Below are positions 42,327-55,228 of a DNA stretch of 64,000 nucleotides, in pieces (the first letter of the stretch is position 1; every line of letters starts with the position of its first letter). A program made the translations under genes and the position numbers. Under the pieces are notes generated by a model that did no database searches, was not told the origin of the DNA, and saw only the letters and a program-made list of their open reading frames with translations. This DNA is from Eledone cirrhosa (Eukaryota), in NCBI GenBank assembly GCA_964016885.1, contig OZ024741.1, positions 102,982,001 through 103,046,000 of the forward strand, read 5' to 3'.

Positions 42327-42990
42327 GAAAGGGATGTTTCTCTTTGTTGAATAAATAAATGAACAATCAAATCTAACGATCATTTTATTAAATGCGATAA
42401 TTTAATAAATTTCCTACAACGTCAATATTTTGAGGAGCGAATCCTTCCACGTCTGTTCATGTCCGCGGTCCAAAGAGAGTGAGTGAACCTGCGTCTATGA
42501 CCGGATGTATATTGCCTCCGCTCTCTGAAGAGTTGTTAAGGGGAGGCAACTGCTAGTTGCCAAGCGACCATCTCAGCCACTACATTCACCTCGGAGCAGA
42601 TTTTTTGTCGAAAAATCGTTAACAATGAAGCGAAGGTAGTTTACAAAATGTAGAAGCATGTATCAACAAATTAAAAAAAAAATAATAATAAATAGGTTCA
42701 TGTCTGCAAGCATTAACACAGAAAAAAAAAGTACAGTAAAAGATGCAAAATGCATGAAAAGATAACACTCTTCGCAATAAAGGGGCCCCAGATGCGATAA
42801 ACAAGAAAAAAAAATTTTTCTAGGCAATGAAAATGCCATATGTAGCATAGTTATAAAAATGCACTAAAAAAATGGACTGTCAGAATTGACAACAGTCGTA
42901 ATGTTAGGAAAAATATAATATATTGACACTGCCGTAGGCAGTCAAGAATCAAAATGTAACAAAACAATTGGAAGAAAAAAAGAATACAAT

Positions 42991-43980
42991 TCAGTTTATA
43001 TTACTGCATAGCTTACGGGGCCAATGCACCCTTCGCCCAGAACGGGTCGTAGTTCTGTGTGTTGATGGTGGGGGGGGGGGAATAGGCCTAAGTGGCAAAG
43101 AAAAAGAAGGGGGCATTTGAGTTTCAAGTGTCATTGTGTCATTGTCCAGGTTTGCTCGTTTGAGACGATCAACGGAAACCGTTTCCCTGGAACCCCGAAT
43201 GTCCAGTGTGAAATGTTTGTCTGTGCGAGTAAGCACACGATAGGGTCCAGAGTATGGCCGCTGAAGAGGGGGTATCACGGCGTCGTCTCTAACGAACACA
43301 TGTGTCCACAAGGCAATATCCCTTGGGACGGCAGTTTTTACAGTCTGCTTCCTAGTGCCCATCGGTGGTAGATCCTTGAAATAAGAGTGAAGCCGGGACA
43401 CGTAGGAAGCGGGGTCCTGCGAAGTCAGGTCAAAAGGGGCCAGCATTTGCCCCGGTAACGCCAGAGGAATACCATAAACTAATTCGGCAGAGGAGAACCC
43501 AAGGTCCACCTTTACCGTCGACCGAATACCCAACAACACAATAGGTAGGTACTCGCTCCAACGTGAAGAGTCCATGGAAGCCCTTAAGGAGGCTTTGAGC
43601 TGCCTGTGGAATCTTTCCACCATTCCGTTTGAGGCTGGGTGGTAAGCCGTGGTTCTTATTCGAGTAGCCCCCAGGATTTGGGTTAGCTCTCGGAAGAGGT
43701 TAGACTCAAATTGACGACCACGATTCGTTGTTATGGTGGTTGGTACACCGAAACGAGTGATCCATGAAGATACGAGAGTACGCGAAAAACGGTCAACAAT
43801 CGTCAAAAGATACGAAAAACCACGACTAACCCGCCACGGGCCGACGATGTCCACATGAATGTGACGAAATCTTGCATCGGGGCAGGTGAAGGTTCCGAGA
43901 GGAGCCTTAACATGTCTATGAACTTTCGCTTGTTGGCAAGCGACACAGGAACGACACCAAGCAGCAATGTCACGTCTCAT
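42991..43980 (-). pseudogene. Gypsy integrase remnant (CxxC, rve core, GPY motif)
   Basis: [33 protein letters not shown] (second catalytic D is N), [20 protein letters not shown]. An apparent in-frame deletion follows DRFSR. Confidence 0.9.
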
Positions 43981-43994
43981 ATCAGGCCAGAAAA

Positions 43995-44012
43995 ATCATG
44001 TCGGGGTCACCA
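43995..44012 (-). other. Primer-binding site complementary to the tRNA-Trp 3' end
   Basis: TGGTGACCCCGACATGAT versus the known Trp PBS TGGTGACCCCGACGTGAT (17/18 match), directly after the 5' LTR. Confidence 0.85.
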
Positions 44013-44269
44013 ATAAAGGAAAGGGATGTTTCTCTTTGTTGAATAAATAAATGAACAATCAAATCTAACGATCATTTTATTAAATGCGATAATTTAATAA
44101 ATTTCCTACAACGTCAATATTTTGAGGAGCGAATCCTTCCACGTCTGTTCATGTCCGCGGTCCAAACAGAGTGAGTGAACCTGCGTATGTGACCGGATGT
44201 ATATTGCCTCCGCTCTCTGAAGAGTTGTTAAGGGGAGGCAACTGCTAGTTGCCAAGCGACCATCTCAGC

Positions 44270-44366
<97 letters not shown>

Positions 44367-44687
44367 AGTCGTTTGGAAGCCTCGACAATGCAAATGGGTA
44401 AATCTCCGGGTAACAAGGTCCGGTTGTGGAGAGAGAGATATGTAAGTGGGTGTACGTTGAGATGCGTGGTGTGTATAAGATGTGTGAGATGTGTAGAATG
44501 AAGGGAAGAGTAAAAGAATAAAAATAATAATAACAACACAAGAGAGAGAGTTACCTTGGGAGAGATTTAATAGTCCCTATATATTTCAGATTCACATCCA
44601 TCAACTGGGGTTTTTTCCGTGGTGGGGGAAAAGGTTGTCTGTCGGACAACTCGGAACGCGTCTTTCGCTGTCTGTTGATTTGAATAT

Positions 44688-44744
<57 letters not shown>

Positions 44745-44748
<4 letters not shown>

Positions 44749-45023
44749 TGAAAAAGAACAAAGGAACTTTTATGACATTATAACAAGTTTATTGCCGACA
44801 GCCGTTTCGTCCGACCATATCGTGGGATTTTCAAGTCCCACCATATGGTCGGACAAAACGGCTGTCGGCAATAAACTTGTTATAATGTCATAAAAATTCC
44901 TTTGTTCTTTTTCATTCATATTTCTGCTCTGCTTATACGCATAGAGCTTAACTCGCTACCGTCGCATATTTGGTAGGTCAGGCGTGATCATCGCGATTTA
45001 CGTACGACCTACCATACATCTTG

Positions 45024-45028
<5 letters not shown>
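44745..45028. mobile_element. Short PLE-derived fold-back element with its apex in the hammerhead core
   Basis: Arms ~44745..44828 and ~44835..44920, with a 3' extension to 45028. Same family as 16688..16891. (TA)n on both sides. Confidence 0.8.
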
Positions 45029-45076
<48 letters not shown>

Positions 45077-45436
45077 TACATATATATATGTGTGTGTGTG
45101 TGGGTGTGTGATTGTTGAGACCTGACCATTTTTGCAGACCTCACCATTCTTTAGCAGAGCATTTTAATATTGCCACTTAATGAAAACCCTTTGTTTACTT
45201 AGAATAAATGAATCTTGAAATTTAGGAGTGCCTGTCAGTGTTTATTTGTTTGTCTATAGGTACTTAGCGTGAATTTACTTTTGCGTTTGTATCAATATCT
45301 ATTTTTCTCTAAATATAGTTTTTTCAAAGAATCCCCTTTCTTTAAATCCATCAGCCAATGACCTCCACCCATCCCAAACACCACCCTCTCCTACCACCAG
45401 AAAATGTATAAATACCACCATATTACGTTGATAGTC

Positions 45437-45488
45437 GGCTTTCCTGATGATTTTTTTCGAATGAAACAGTTCTAGTCCTGTAGAAGCT
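45437..45488 (+). ncRNA. Degenerate hammerhead motif
   Basis: GGCTTTC-CTGATGA-tttttttcgaat-GAAA-CAG ttctagtc CTG-TA-GAAGCT. Stem II is weak. Confidence 0.45.
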
Positions 45489-45561
45489 ATTTTTATATTA
45501 AATATTTATACTCTGCTATGTATTGAGTACCTTACTGTGGTTACCCCCGATTGAACCCGTG

Positions 45562-45641
<80 letters not shown>

Positions 45642-47381
45642 TAGCTGGGAGATGGCGATATATTTTGCCGTTCCTGGGACTTTAGCCCTAGGAAAGGAAA
45701 ATGCTTCTCTGATGAACTTTGCTTTTCCATTAGAAATCCATTGGATTTCTAGTGTTTTACAAAGAGAAACCGATCGGTAAGGGCCATTAGAATGGGTAAA
45801 TATTTAAATTATAATTTTTCATTTATTTTAAAAAATTGGTTAAATTTTACTTGTTCTGCTTATCTTAATATATATATATATATATATATATTCGTGTGTT
45901 CTTTAACTGGTTTCAGTCATTAGACTGCGACCATTCTGGGGCCCTAGTTTAAATCGTATATGTTTTACTTTGCCTTTCATCCATACGCGGTCGATAAAAT
46001 AAAGTACCAGTAATACACTGTGATAATTGCTGGCCTTGTGCCAAATGTAGAAACAATTAATTTCTAGTAACTATTTATTTTTTTCAATTTAACAGGGATG
46101 GTGATTGTTCTGTCGATCTTTCTTTCGGTTTCAAAGTGCCAGCAGACGTGACATGAAAGACACCGACACAAGCATGCACACACAGACACACGCGCACACA
46201 CACACACACGCACACACGCACACACGCACACACACACACACACACAGACACATACACACACACAGACACACACAGACACACACACACACACATACATACA
46301 TACACGCATACACACACACACACACTCACTCACGTACTTATACACAGTGGGATGACATCAAGTAAAAGGACAAATTGGACATTGCTCATTCCCGGAGGCA
46401 TGATGATGATCTTAGTGGCAAGTTACGATAAATATAGTGATCAGTTTTGGGTCTATCACCTCTTCCGCCCACCATCATCCTCGGCAACATCGCCACCAAC
46501 AACTAACCCCTAGACCTCCCCCCCCCCCCGACTTCCACCTCATTCACCACCACTATCTCCATCAACATCACCACCATCACCATCGCCACTACCACAGCCA
46601 CCATCATTAGCACGACTATCATTGTCATCACCAATACTACTATTACCATCATTACTATTGTCACCACTATCACCACCGCCATTTGCACCTCTAATCCACC
46701 ACCATCGTCATCATCAACATTACCACCTCCGTGTGAATTGGCAGTATCGGTGGAGGGTCGGACGCCATGCATTGACGCATAGAGTTACGGCCCTTGCCAT
46801 TCTGAGTTCAAATCCTGCCGAGGTTAACTTTGCCTTTCATCCTTACGGGGTCGATAAAATAAAGTACCAGTAATGTACTGGGTGATTGCTGGCCTTGTGC
46901 CAAAAGTAGAAACAATTCTCATTATCATCGTCAACCCCATTATCGTCAACACCATTATCACCAGGGGTCGATGAAATAAAGTACCAGTAATGTACTGTGT
47001 AATTGCTGGCCTTGTGCCAAAAGTAGAAACAATTATTATACAAGCAGCAACATCATCAGCAAATTATAGCAGCTGTAATATACACACAAGCGCACACATA
47101 CACATACACTCAAACACGCATATACACGTAGGCACACAGGCATATACACACACAGTGAACATAAGAGAATATATATATGCATTATGCATATATATATAGA
47201 TATGTGTGTGTGCGTGTGTTTGCGCGCGTGAGCACGTGTGTGTGTGTATGAAAATGATTGGGCGAACGCCGCAATACATGTGTATAGTGTAGTATTCATA
47301 TATTGCATTGACTCTAACTGCGAAGTTTTGGCTAATTTTTGAAGTCCCTTTCAATAATATTACATTGTCTATAGACAGACA

Positions 47382-47450
<69 letters not shown>

Positions 47451-47797
47451 AATCTTACACATTCAACCCCACACAAACACCCACATATGCTTTTAAATTT
47501 ATATATATACATAGGTCATGCCTGTATACTCATATGTATATATAAATATATATATATGGTTATATATTTATATATATATGTGTGTGTGTGTGCGCGCGTG
47601 TACCTGTGTGTGTGTGTATGCGTTTGCATGTGTATATACATAAAAACACATACATACATATATGTCAGATGAAGCGACCAAGCTGTATTGAATCTTGCCA
47701 ACTTTTCTAAATTTTACACTTTACCTTCAATTATGCAGTCGTCATTCAGTTAATGTTTGTATATTACAAGTACTATCGCATTTTAAACACACATTCT

Positions 47798-47850
<53 letters not shown>

Positions 47851-48122
47851 AAGAAAAGTCAACAAGAAATAATAACACAGGGGAATAATACAATACAATG
47901 ACGACACATTAGTTTAATGTTTGACATAATCTTGATCTAACAAAAAGAGAACGTTAATGTTTTGGACGAGTGTCCTTCTTCGGAAGAGAGAATGAGAGAG
48001 GGTAAAGAGGTTGTTTAGGAGAGAAAAAATTTAGAAAGGTTGGTGAGACTAAGAAAAGTAAGTAAACGAGAAAAGGATGGGAGGGAAAGCACGTGTTGAT
48101 AGTACGGCACACATACATACAT

Positions 48123-48161
<39 letters not shown>

Positions 48162-48578
48162 GGGAGAGAGAGAGAGAGAGGGGGGGGGGTCAGGATTTAT
48201 CAGTTGAAAGCAGTAAGACCATTATTCAGAAGAGTACTCGATACTTGGGACAGTAAAGTGTAAATATAGTAGGAGCCCTCCCTACAATATAGATAAATCT
48301 ATATGTAAGGAACGGTGTGCTAATGTGTGGAGATGCTATAATATAGGTAATATAATTGGGTGCAGATCCTTATGGACGGAAATTTATATATATATTCATA
48401 TATACACGCACATACATATATGCATTTATTTATATACATGAAAGCATGTACTATATATTTATTAGAAGATAAACATATAGCATGTGCTTTCACATACACC
48501 CTTATTATGCTTAACGCTGTAGTAGTACTACTACCAATCCACACACACTCATCTATACACGTACACATACATATATAT

Positions 48579-48680
<102 letters not shown>

Positions 48681-48841
48681 AAGGTATATATTGAGTTAGA
48701 AACTCAAAATAGTCTCTTACAATAAAATAGCTCAAGGAAAGAGATTTTTCCGAGCCGTATATTATAATTGAATATAAAAGAGAGATAAACACAGACATAT
48801 AAATATAAGTGTTCAAATCGTAAGGGACCACATTCGCTAAG

Positions 48842-48958
<117 letters not shown>

Positions 48959-49085
48959 GTGTAGATGGTTCAGTGAATTACTAGTGTTGGTGCCAAAGCA
49001 AGCACTCTATGCACAGGCCGGGTGTATGTAATAGATAAAACGAGGAGGTTTCGTTTAATTTAAAGAATATTTATTGTGTATCGAC

Positions 49086-49173
49086 CTGTTACGCGTGCTT
49101 CGCAGAGGATTGGCTCAAGGTGACCCATAGGAATTATGGAGCCGACTCCAGTATCAATCTGCTCCTCAGACTG
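49086..49173 (-). ncRNA. Hammerhead-like motif inside the inverted repeat 49027..49232
   Basis: Minus strand: GT-CTGAGGA-GCAGA..TCTGC-GAAG-CACGCG-TA-AC. GAAG replaces GAAA. Confidence 0.55.
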
Positions 49174-49226
49174 TCGATACACAATAAATATCTTTTATAT
49201 CTAAACGAAACTTCCTCGTTCTTTTC

Positions 49227-49291
<65 letters not shown>

Positions 49292-49338
49292 AAGGAAAAG
49301 CGAAGTAGTTTCAGATGTTCAAGTCCTTTAATAATAAT

Positions 49339-49412
49339 GCTGTGATATATATTTCAGTGACGACACTGGCCACACTGTTCTGTGTGCGAGTGTCGTGTCA
49401 TCATCAGACAGC
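49339..49412 (-). ncRNA. Type-I hammerhead ribozyme (relative at 2756..2830, -)
   Basis: Minus strand: GCTGT-CTGATGA-TGACACGACACT..AGTGTCGTCACT-GAAA-TATATA-TC-ACAGC. It lies in element 49288..49902, which has 69-bp terminal inverted repeats. Confidence 0.75.
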
Positions 49413-49974
49413 TTGTTACATAATAAGGTTATGTTTCCGAGGCAATCCAAATTGGATCGACAAGGGAACGGATGAATTGCGTGTTTTGGGGTTTTTCATC
49501 CGCTCCCTTGTGAGTACCAATTCACCCCCACCGGCCTGCGCAAGCGCATGTCCGAAGGAAGTTGACCATTCTCCACCGCAGACTTCAACGAAATTTGCTT
49601 AGTCAGTTCTACCTGTCATCCAAAACAATGGCCCACCAATGCCTGTACCATAGTTTACTGCTACCCATCACGGCTGTGGCAGTCAGCCGAGAGCCAGAGG
49701 GATGGGGAGAGTGTTAGTTTTTACAGGTCATAATTCTACCCCTCACTAAGCGTTGACGGTACGACTGACCATCACCTTATTAGGGAAAATAAACTTATTC
49801 TAGGTATCATGGTTTTACGTTGGAAGTTAAGAGTGAAATATATATCACAGCATTATTATTAAAGGACTTGAACATCTGAAACTACTTCGCTTTTCCTTAT
49901 TCGATATTTACTCCGTCACTCCTATGTGGAAAAAGTACGTTGAGTGCTTGAATTGAATTGCATCAATATTTACC

Positions 49975-50076
<102 letters not shown>

Positions 50077-50334
50077 GAGAGAGAGAAAGAGGAATAGAAA
50101 CAGAAGGTGATATATATATGCGTGTGTGTTTCTGTGTATGCGTGTGCATGTGTGTGTATGTGTGCGTGGACTATGTCAGCTTGTTGCATGTAGAAATAAA
50201 ATAGCCATACATTACCAAACGTTCTAAAAACATAGTAGTTGAGCCACTGGTCAATATTGTAACAACTCATGCAGAAAATAATTAGATTCACACACACACA
50301 CAAGCATGTACATATGTATATATAAGCATATCCT

Positions 50335-50380
<46 letters not shown>

Positions 50381-50646
50381 TTGTGTGTGTGAATCTAATT
50401 ATATATATATATATCTGTGTGTGTATGCATATGTATGTATATGAATGTATATATATATATATATATATATATGTACATATATATATATATGCATATATAC
50501 ATATTTATATATACATTTATATGCGTACATATATATATATATGGATATATACATATTTATGCATATATTATATATATACATATAATATATGTATGCACAT
50601 ATGCATACATATATATGTATATGTATGCATATATATATATATGCAT

Positions 50647-50722
<76 letters not shown>

Positions 50723-50728
<6 letters not shown>

Positions 50729-51054
50729 TTGAGGTTTTTTTACAAAATGAAATATAACCGAGGTGTCCTACACGAGTGAAAGTATAAAGAAAAAAAAGAC
50801 GAAATCGAAAATGTAACTGGAGTCTTATTTTTTTTTTTAAATATATATATTTATTTGGTTCCTTTACCGGTTTCGCAGTTCTTCTGCTTTTCAAAAGTAG
50901 AGTTGAGATGGGGGTCTGTGGTTTTTCTCACATCTGGTTGGTCTTTGAATGTTACTTGTTTTATATGGAAAAAAGTGGCTCGAAACGCCAGGTTTTTAGA
51001 GAAGTAATTTGATTGGTTGGTCAATAAGTATAATAAATTTCGTGCTAGTTCGCG

Positions 51055-51056
<2 letters not shown>
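50723..51056 (-). mobile_element. Solo PLE pLTR fragment, same family as 37667..38096
   Basis: Direct similarity to 37667..37990. It lies between (TA)n tracts. Confidence 0.85.
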
Positions 51057-51152
<96 letters not shown>

Positions 51153-52101
51153 AGCAGTTCGACAAATGAAGATTGATAAAATGTATCATCCCAGATTTAA
51201 GAGATTTAAGTTACTGTGTTCGATACGGTAAACAAAAATTCCTTCAACATGGAGTCCCAGCATGGCCGCAGTCCAATGACTGAAACCAGTTACAAGGTAA
51301 AGAAATGGGTGTGTGTATGTGTGTATGTGTGTTTGTGTGTGTGTGTGTGTGCAGGTATGTGTTTGTGAGTACATGTGTATGTGTCTGTGTGCATGTGTGA
51401 TATACATTTACGAAGCTGTCGCTTTTAATGCCTTAGTGTTCCACGGATGGAAAAAGTTTGAAAATGGCGCCTTATTATCGCAAAAAAGTTCTATAAATAT
51501 TTTGGTTTTGCATACACACACACACTTACACATATATACTGTGTTACTGGTCGGCTAGTCCCACTGGAGTCAATATGTCATTCATCTCTTAGAGGTCGAT
51601 AAAAAAAAAAGATACCAGCGGAGTACTGGTGTCGATATGATTGTCGAATGTTATTTAAGGTACGTCCCTTTACGGTCTGAGTTCAAATCCCGCAAAGGTT
51701 GACTTTGCCTATCATCCTTACGGGGTCAATAAAATAAAGTACCAGTAATTACTGGGTAATTGCTGGCCTTGTGCCAAAAGTAGAAACAGTTATTTAAGAT
51801 GTTACTCGAATAAAAGAATACGTATATGTGTAAGGTGGGGGAGAAGTATTGCCTCAAAATAATACAGAATGGTCATGACAGAACGCTCCGGTCATAGGCA
51901 CACTTGATCAGCGGTAGCCTAGGACTTGACAACAACAACGGCGACGACTGCAACAACAATAGCAACAATAACAAAAATAACCAAGGCAGTAACTACTTCG
52001 CTAGTTTAACTCCTCAATGACCGTTATATTATCCAACAGATGTTATGACAGTGGGGGAAGATTAGTGGTCCGCCGGCGAGGCTTGCCGAATGTTGAATGG
52101 G

Positions 52102-52218
<117 letters not shown>

Positions 52219-52289
52219 ATATATATATATATCTGTCTATATATATATATATATATATTTATTTATATACATAAACACACAAACACGCG

Positions 52290-52360
<71 letters not shown>

Positions 52361-52369
52361 TATGAATAC

Positions 52370-54135
52370 CATATGATGGTGATGGTTGTGGTGGTAGCGA
52401 TGTTACTGCTTATAGTGATCATGATGATGGTGACCATAGTGATGATAACTGTTTTCATGTCGCTGTTGTGTCGTGATGGCGGTGGTGGTGCTGGTTATGA
52501 TGATAGTTGTGTTGTTCTTGCTGGAGGTGGAGGTGGAGGTGATGGTGAGATCGGTAGTGACAATGAAGATGTTGATGGTGATGATAACGATGATGATATA
52601 GATTGCACTATTAGCAGCATCAACAGCAACAGTACTGCTTGTAGTAGTGGCAGTTGCAGATACGAGAGTAACATCAACAACAAAAGCAGCAGTAACAATA
52701 TCATGAACAGTAGCGAGAACAATAACAACAGCAACAACAGTAGCAGCAGCAGCGATAATAACAGCAACTGCAGCAACTGCAGCAACTGTAGCAACAGCAG
52801 CAGCAGTGTCAGCAATACAGCAGAGGAAATGCCTGCAGCAGCATAAATGTCAGCTGCAACATCAGCAGCAGCAGCAGTAATTCAGCAGTAACAGCAGCAA
52901 TCTCAGCAATAAAACAGCAGCATTGTCAGTTACACAGCAGCAACATTGTCAGCTAACAGCAGCAGCATTGTCAGTAACAACAGCAGCAGCAATGTCAGTT
53001 ACAACAGCAGCAAAAGTAGCAGCAATACCAACAGCCGTAAATAACTACATAAAAGTAAACACGGCAGCAATTATAATAAAACTATAGAGCACTCCTACGC
53101 CGTTATCACCCCCACCACCACCACTAACAACAACAGCAACAACAACAGCAACAACAACAGTAACAACAACAGCAACAACAATAGCAACAATAATAGCAAC
53201 ACCAGCGACGACAACAATAGCAACAACAACAACAGCAACAATAACAATAGCAACGCCAACAACACCACCACTAACAACAACAACGACGACACAAATAGCA
53301 ACAACAACAGCAGCAACAACAATAATAGCAATACCAACAACACCTATACCAACAACAACAACGACACAAACAACAACAATTACAACAGGATCAGTATTTA
53401 CACACCTTCACATTAACAACAAAAACTTTTTATATAACACTGCCTACACAACTACAGCAAAACTTCACAACAACACTTTCATAAACAACAATAACAACTC
53501 TTTCATAACAGCACCTCCACAACAACAACAACAATAACAACACATCTTTCACAACAACAACAATAAAACAAATTCAAATGCCAATTTCATTCAAATAAAA
53601 TTAGTGTAAGAGTTGAGTGATGGAGGCGATGGGGAGGTTCGTGATGGTGGTGGGGGTTGTGGTGGTACAGTGGATGATGATAATAAGAGGTGATATTACT
53701 GATGGTGGTGGTGGTGGTGGTGGTGATAGCGGTGGTGGTGGTGGTGGAGGTGGTGGTGGTGGTGGTTATGGTGGTAATGGTGGTGGTGGTGGAGGTGGTG
53801 GTGTTTGTGGTTATGGTGGTAATGGTGGTGGTGGTGGTGGTGGTGGTAGAGGTGGGGGTGGTGGTGGTGGTGGTAATGGTGGTAGTGGTGGTAATGGGGG
53901 GGGGTGATGATGGTGGTGATTGCGGTGGTGGTGGAGGTGGAGGTGGTGGTGGTGGTGGTGGTGGTGGTGGTAGAGGTGGAGGTGGTGGTGGTAATGGTGG
54001 TGGTGGTAATGGGGGTGGTGGTGGTGTGATGATGGTGGTGATTGTGGTGGTGGTGGTGGCGGCTTGCGGTGGTGGTGGTGTTAGTGGTGATGGAGGTATG
54101 AACTTTACGAAACAATACACAGAGAGAGAGAGAGA

Positions 54136-54188
<53 letters not shown>

Positions 54189-54619
54189 TGAGAGAGAGAG
54201 AAAGAGATTGATTGATAAAACAACAAAGGCGGGGAGGAGTTGATGGATGAATTGTGTGTGACAACAACAACAATAGCATCCGCGGCGACAGCAGCAGCCA
54301 CAGCAGCAGCAACAACAGCAACAACAACTGCAGCAATTACAATAGCAACAGCAGCAACAACAAAAGCCACTGCTAGTAGTATTACCAGCATCGCCACCAC
54401 TACTACTGATTGCAATACTACTACTATTAGTAGTACTAGTGCCACTACCTCCTCTGCCACCACTAATACTACGACTTCTACTGCTACTACCGATAGTACC
54501 AACCCTTCAATACCACCACCACTCTCACCACCTCCACCATCACCACCACCAACACTACGACTACAATACTACCATCACCACCTCAATAAGTAAAAAAGCA
54601 CAGTAAACATCATCATCAT

Positions 54620-54696
<77 letters not shown>

Positions 54697-54707
54697 CTGG
54701 TGGTGGC

Positions 54708-54762
<55 letters not shown>

Positions 54763-54765
54763 TTC
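52370..54765. repeat. 2.4-kb mosaic of trinucleotide low-complexity repeats (GAT/GGT, CAG, AAC, GGT, GA, CAC, AGT)
   Basis: Directly visible. It lies immediately upstream of the neuropeptide promoter candidate. Confidence 0.9.
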
Positions 54766-54870
54766 CACCTCCGCCACTGCCGCTGCCGCTTGGGGTTGGT
54801 CTTAAAAGAGAAACTGCCTGCTGAGAGAGGACTATAACATCCTACGCAAGATGGGCAAACACCTCTTGCT

Positions 54871-54878
54871 TATAAATA
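54871..54878 (+). promoter_or_regulatory. Candidate TATA box of the neuropeptide gene
   Basis: TATAAATA lies ~350 bp upstream of the ATG, in the first unique sequence after the (AGT)n tract. It is followed by an A/C-rich, 5'UTR-like stretch. Confidence 0.55.
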
Positions 54879-55228
54879 CACGCATTTCTACAGCATCCAA
54901 TGTATAAGCTGCAATATCTATCTATCGGCAGCTTGCTTATTGCCTCTACCAGCACGGTCACTTCTTCTTTTACAAACAACAACAAATAAAACTATAAGAA
55001 TGATCTATCTATATAATTAGTTCGAGAACAAAATCTTAGTAACTTATCGATCTCATTTGTAAAAACCAGCAGCAGTATAAGAAAATAAACAGCAACTGGA
55101 ACAGCATCAGAAGAAGTATTCATATTTTTACACGACTTGCCTTAGTAAAAACAACAAAAAAATCACCACCAACTGTTGCAAGAAAACGGATTTGAAATTC
55201 CTTCTATATCATTTTCAAAACCAACGAA

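Larger units (their letters stand above)
42321..44276 (-). mobile_element. Internally deleted Gypsy/Ty3 LTR retrotransposon (integrase only)
   Basis: 264-bp LTRs at 44013..44276 and 42321..42584 with about 3 differences, starting TGTAG. PBS at 43995..44012. Integrase ORF at 42991..43980. (TA)n on both flanks. Confidence 0.93.

Noticed and set aside
44565-44612. Minus-strand GAAA-TATA-TA-GGGACT with an upstream TTGATGG
   Set aside because: The core and stem I are too degenerate to call.
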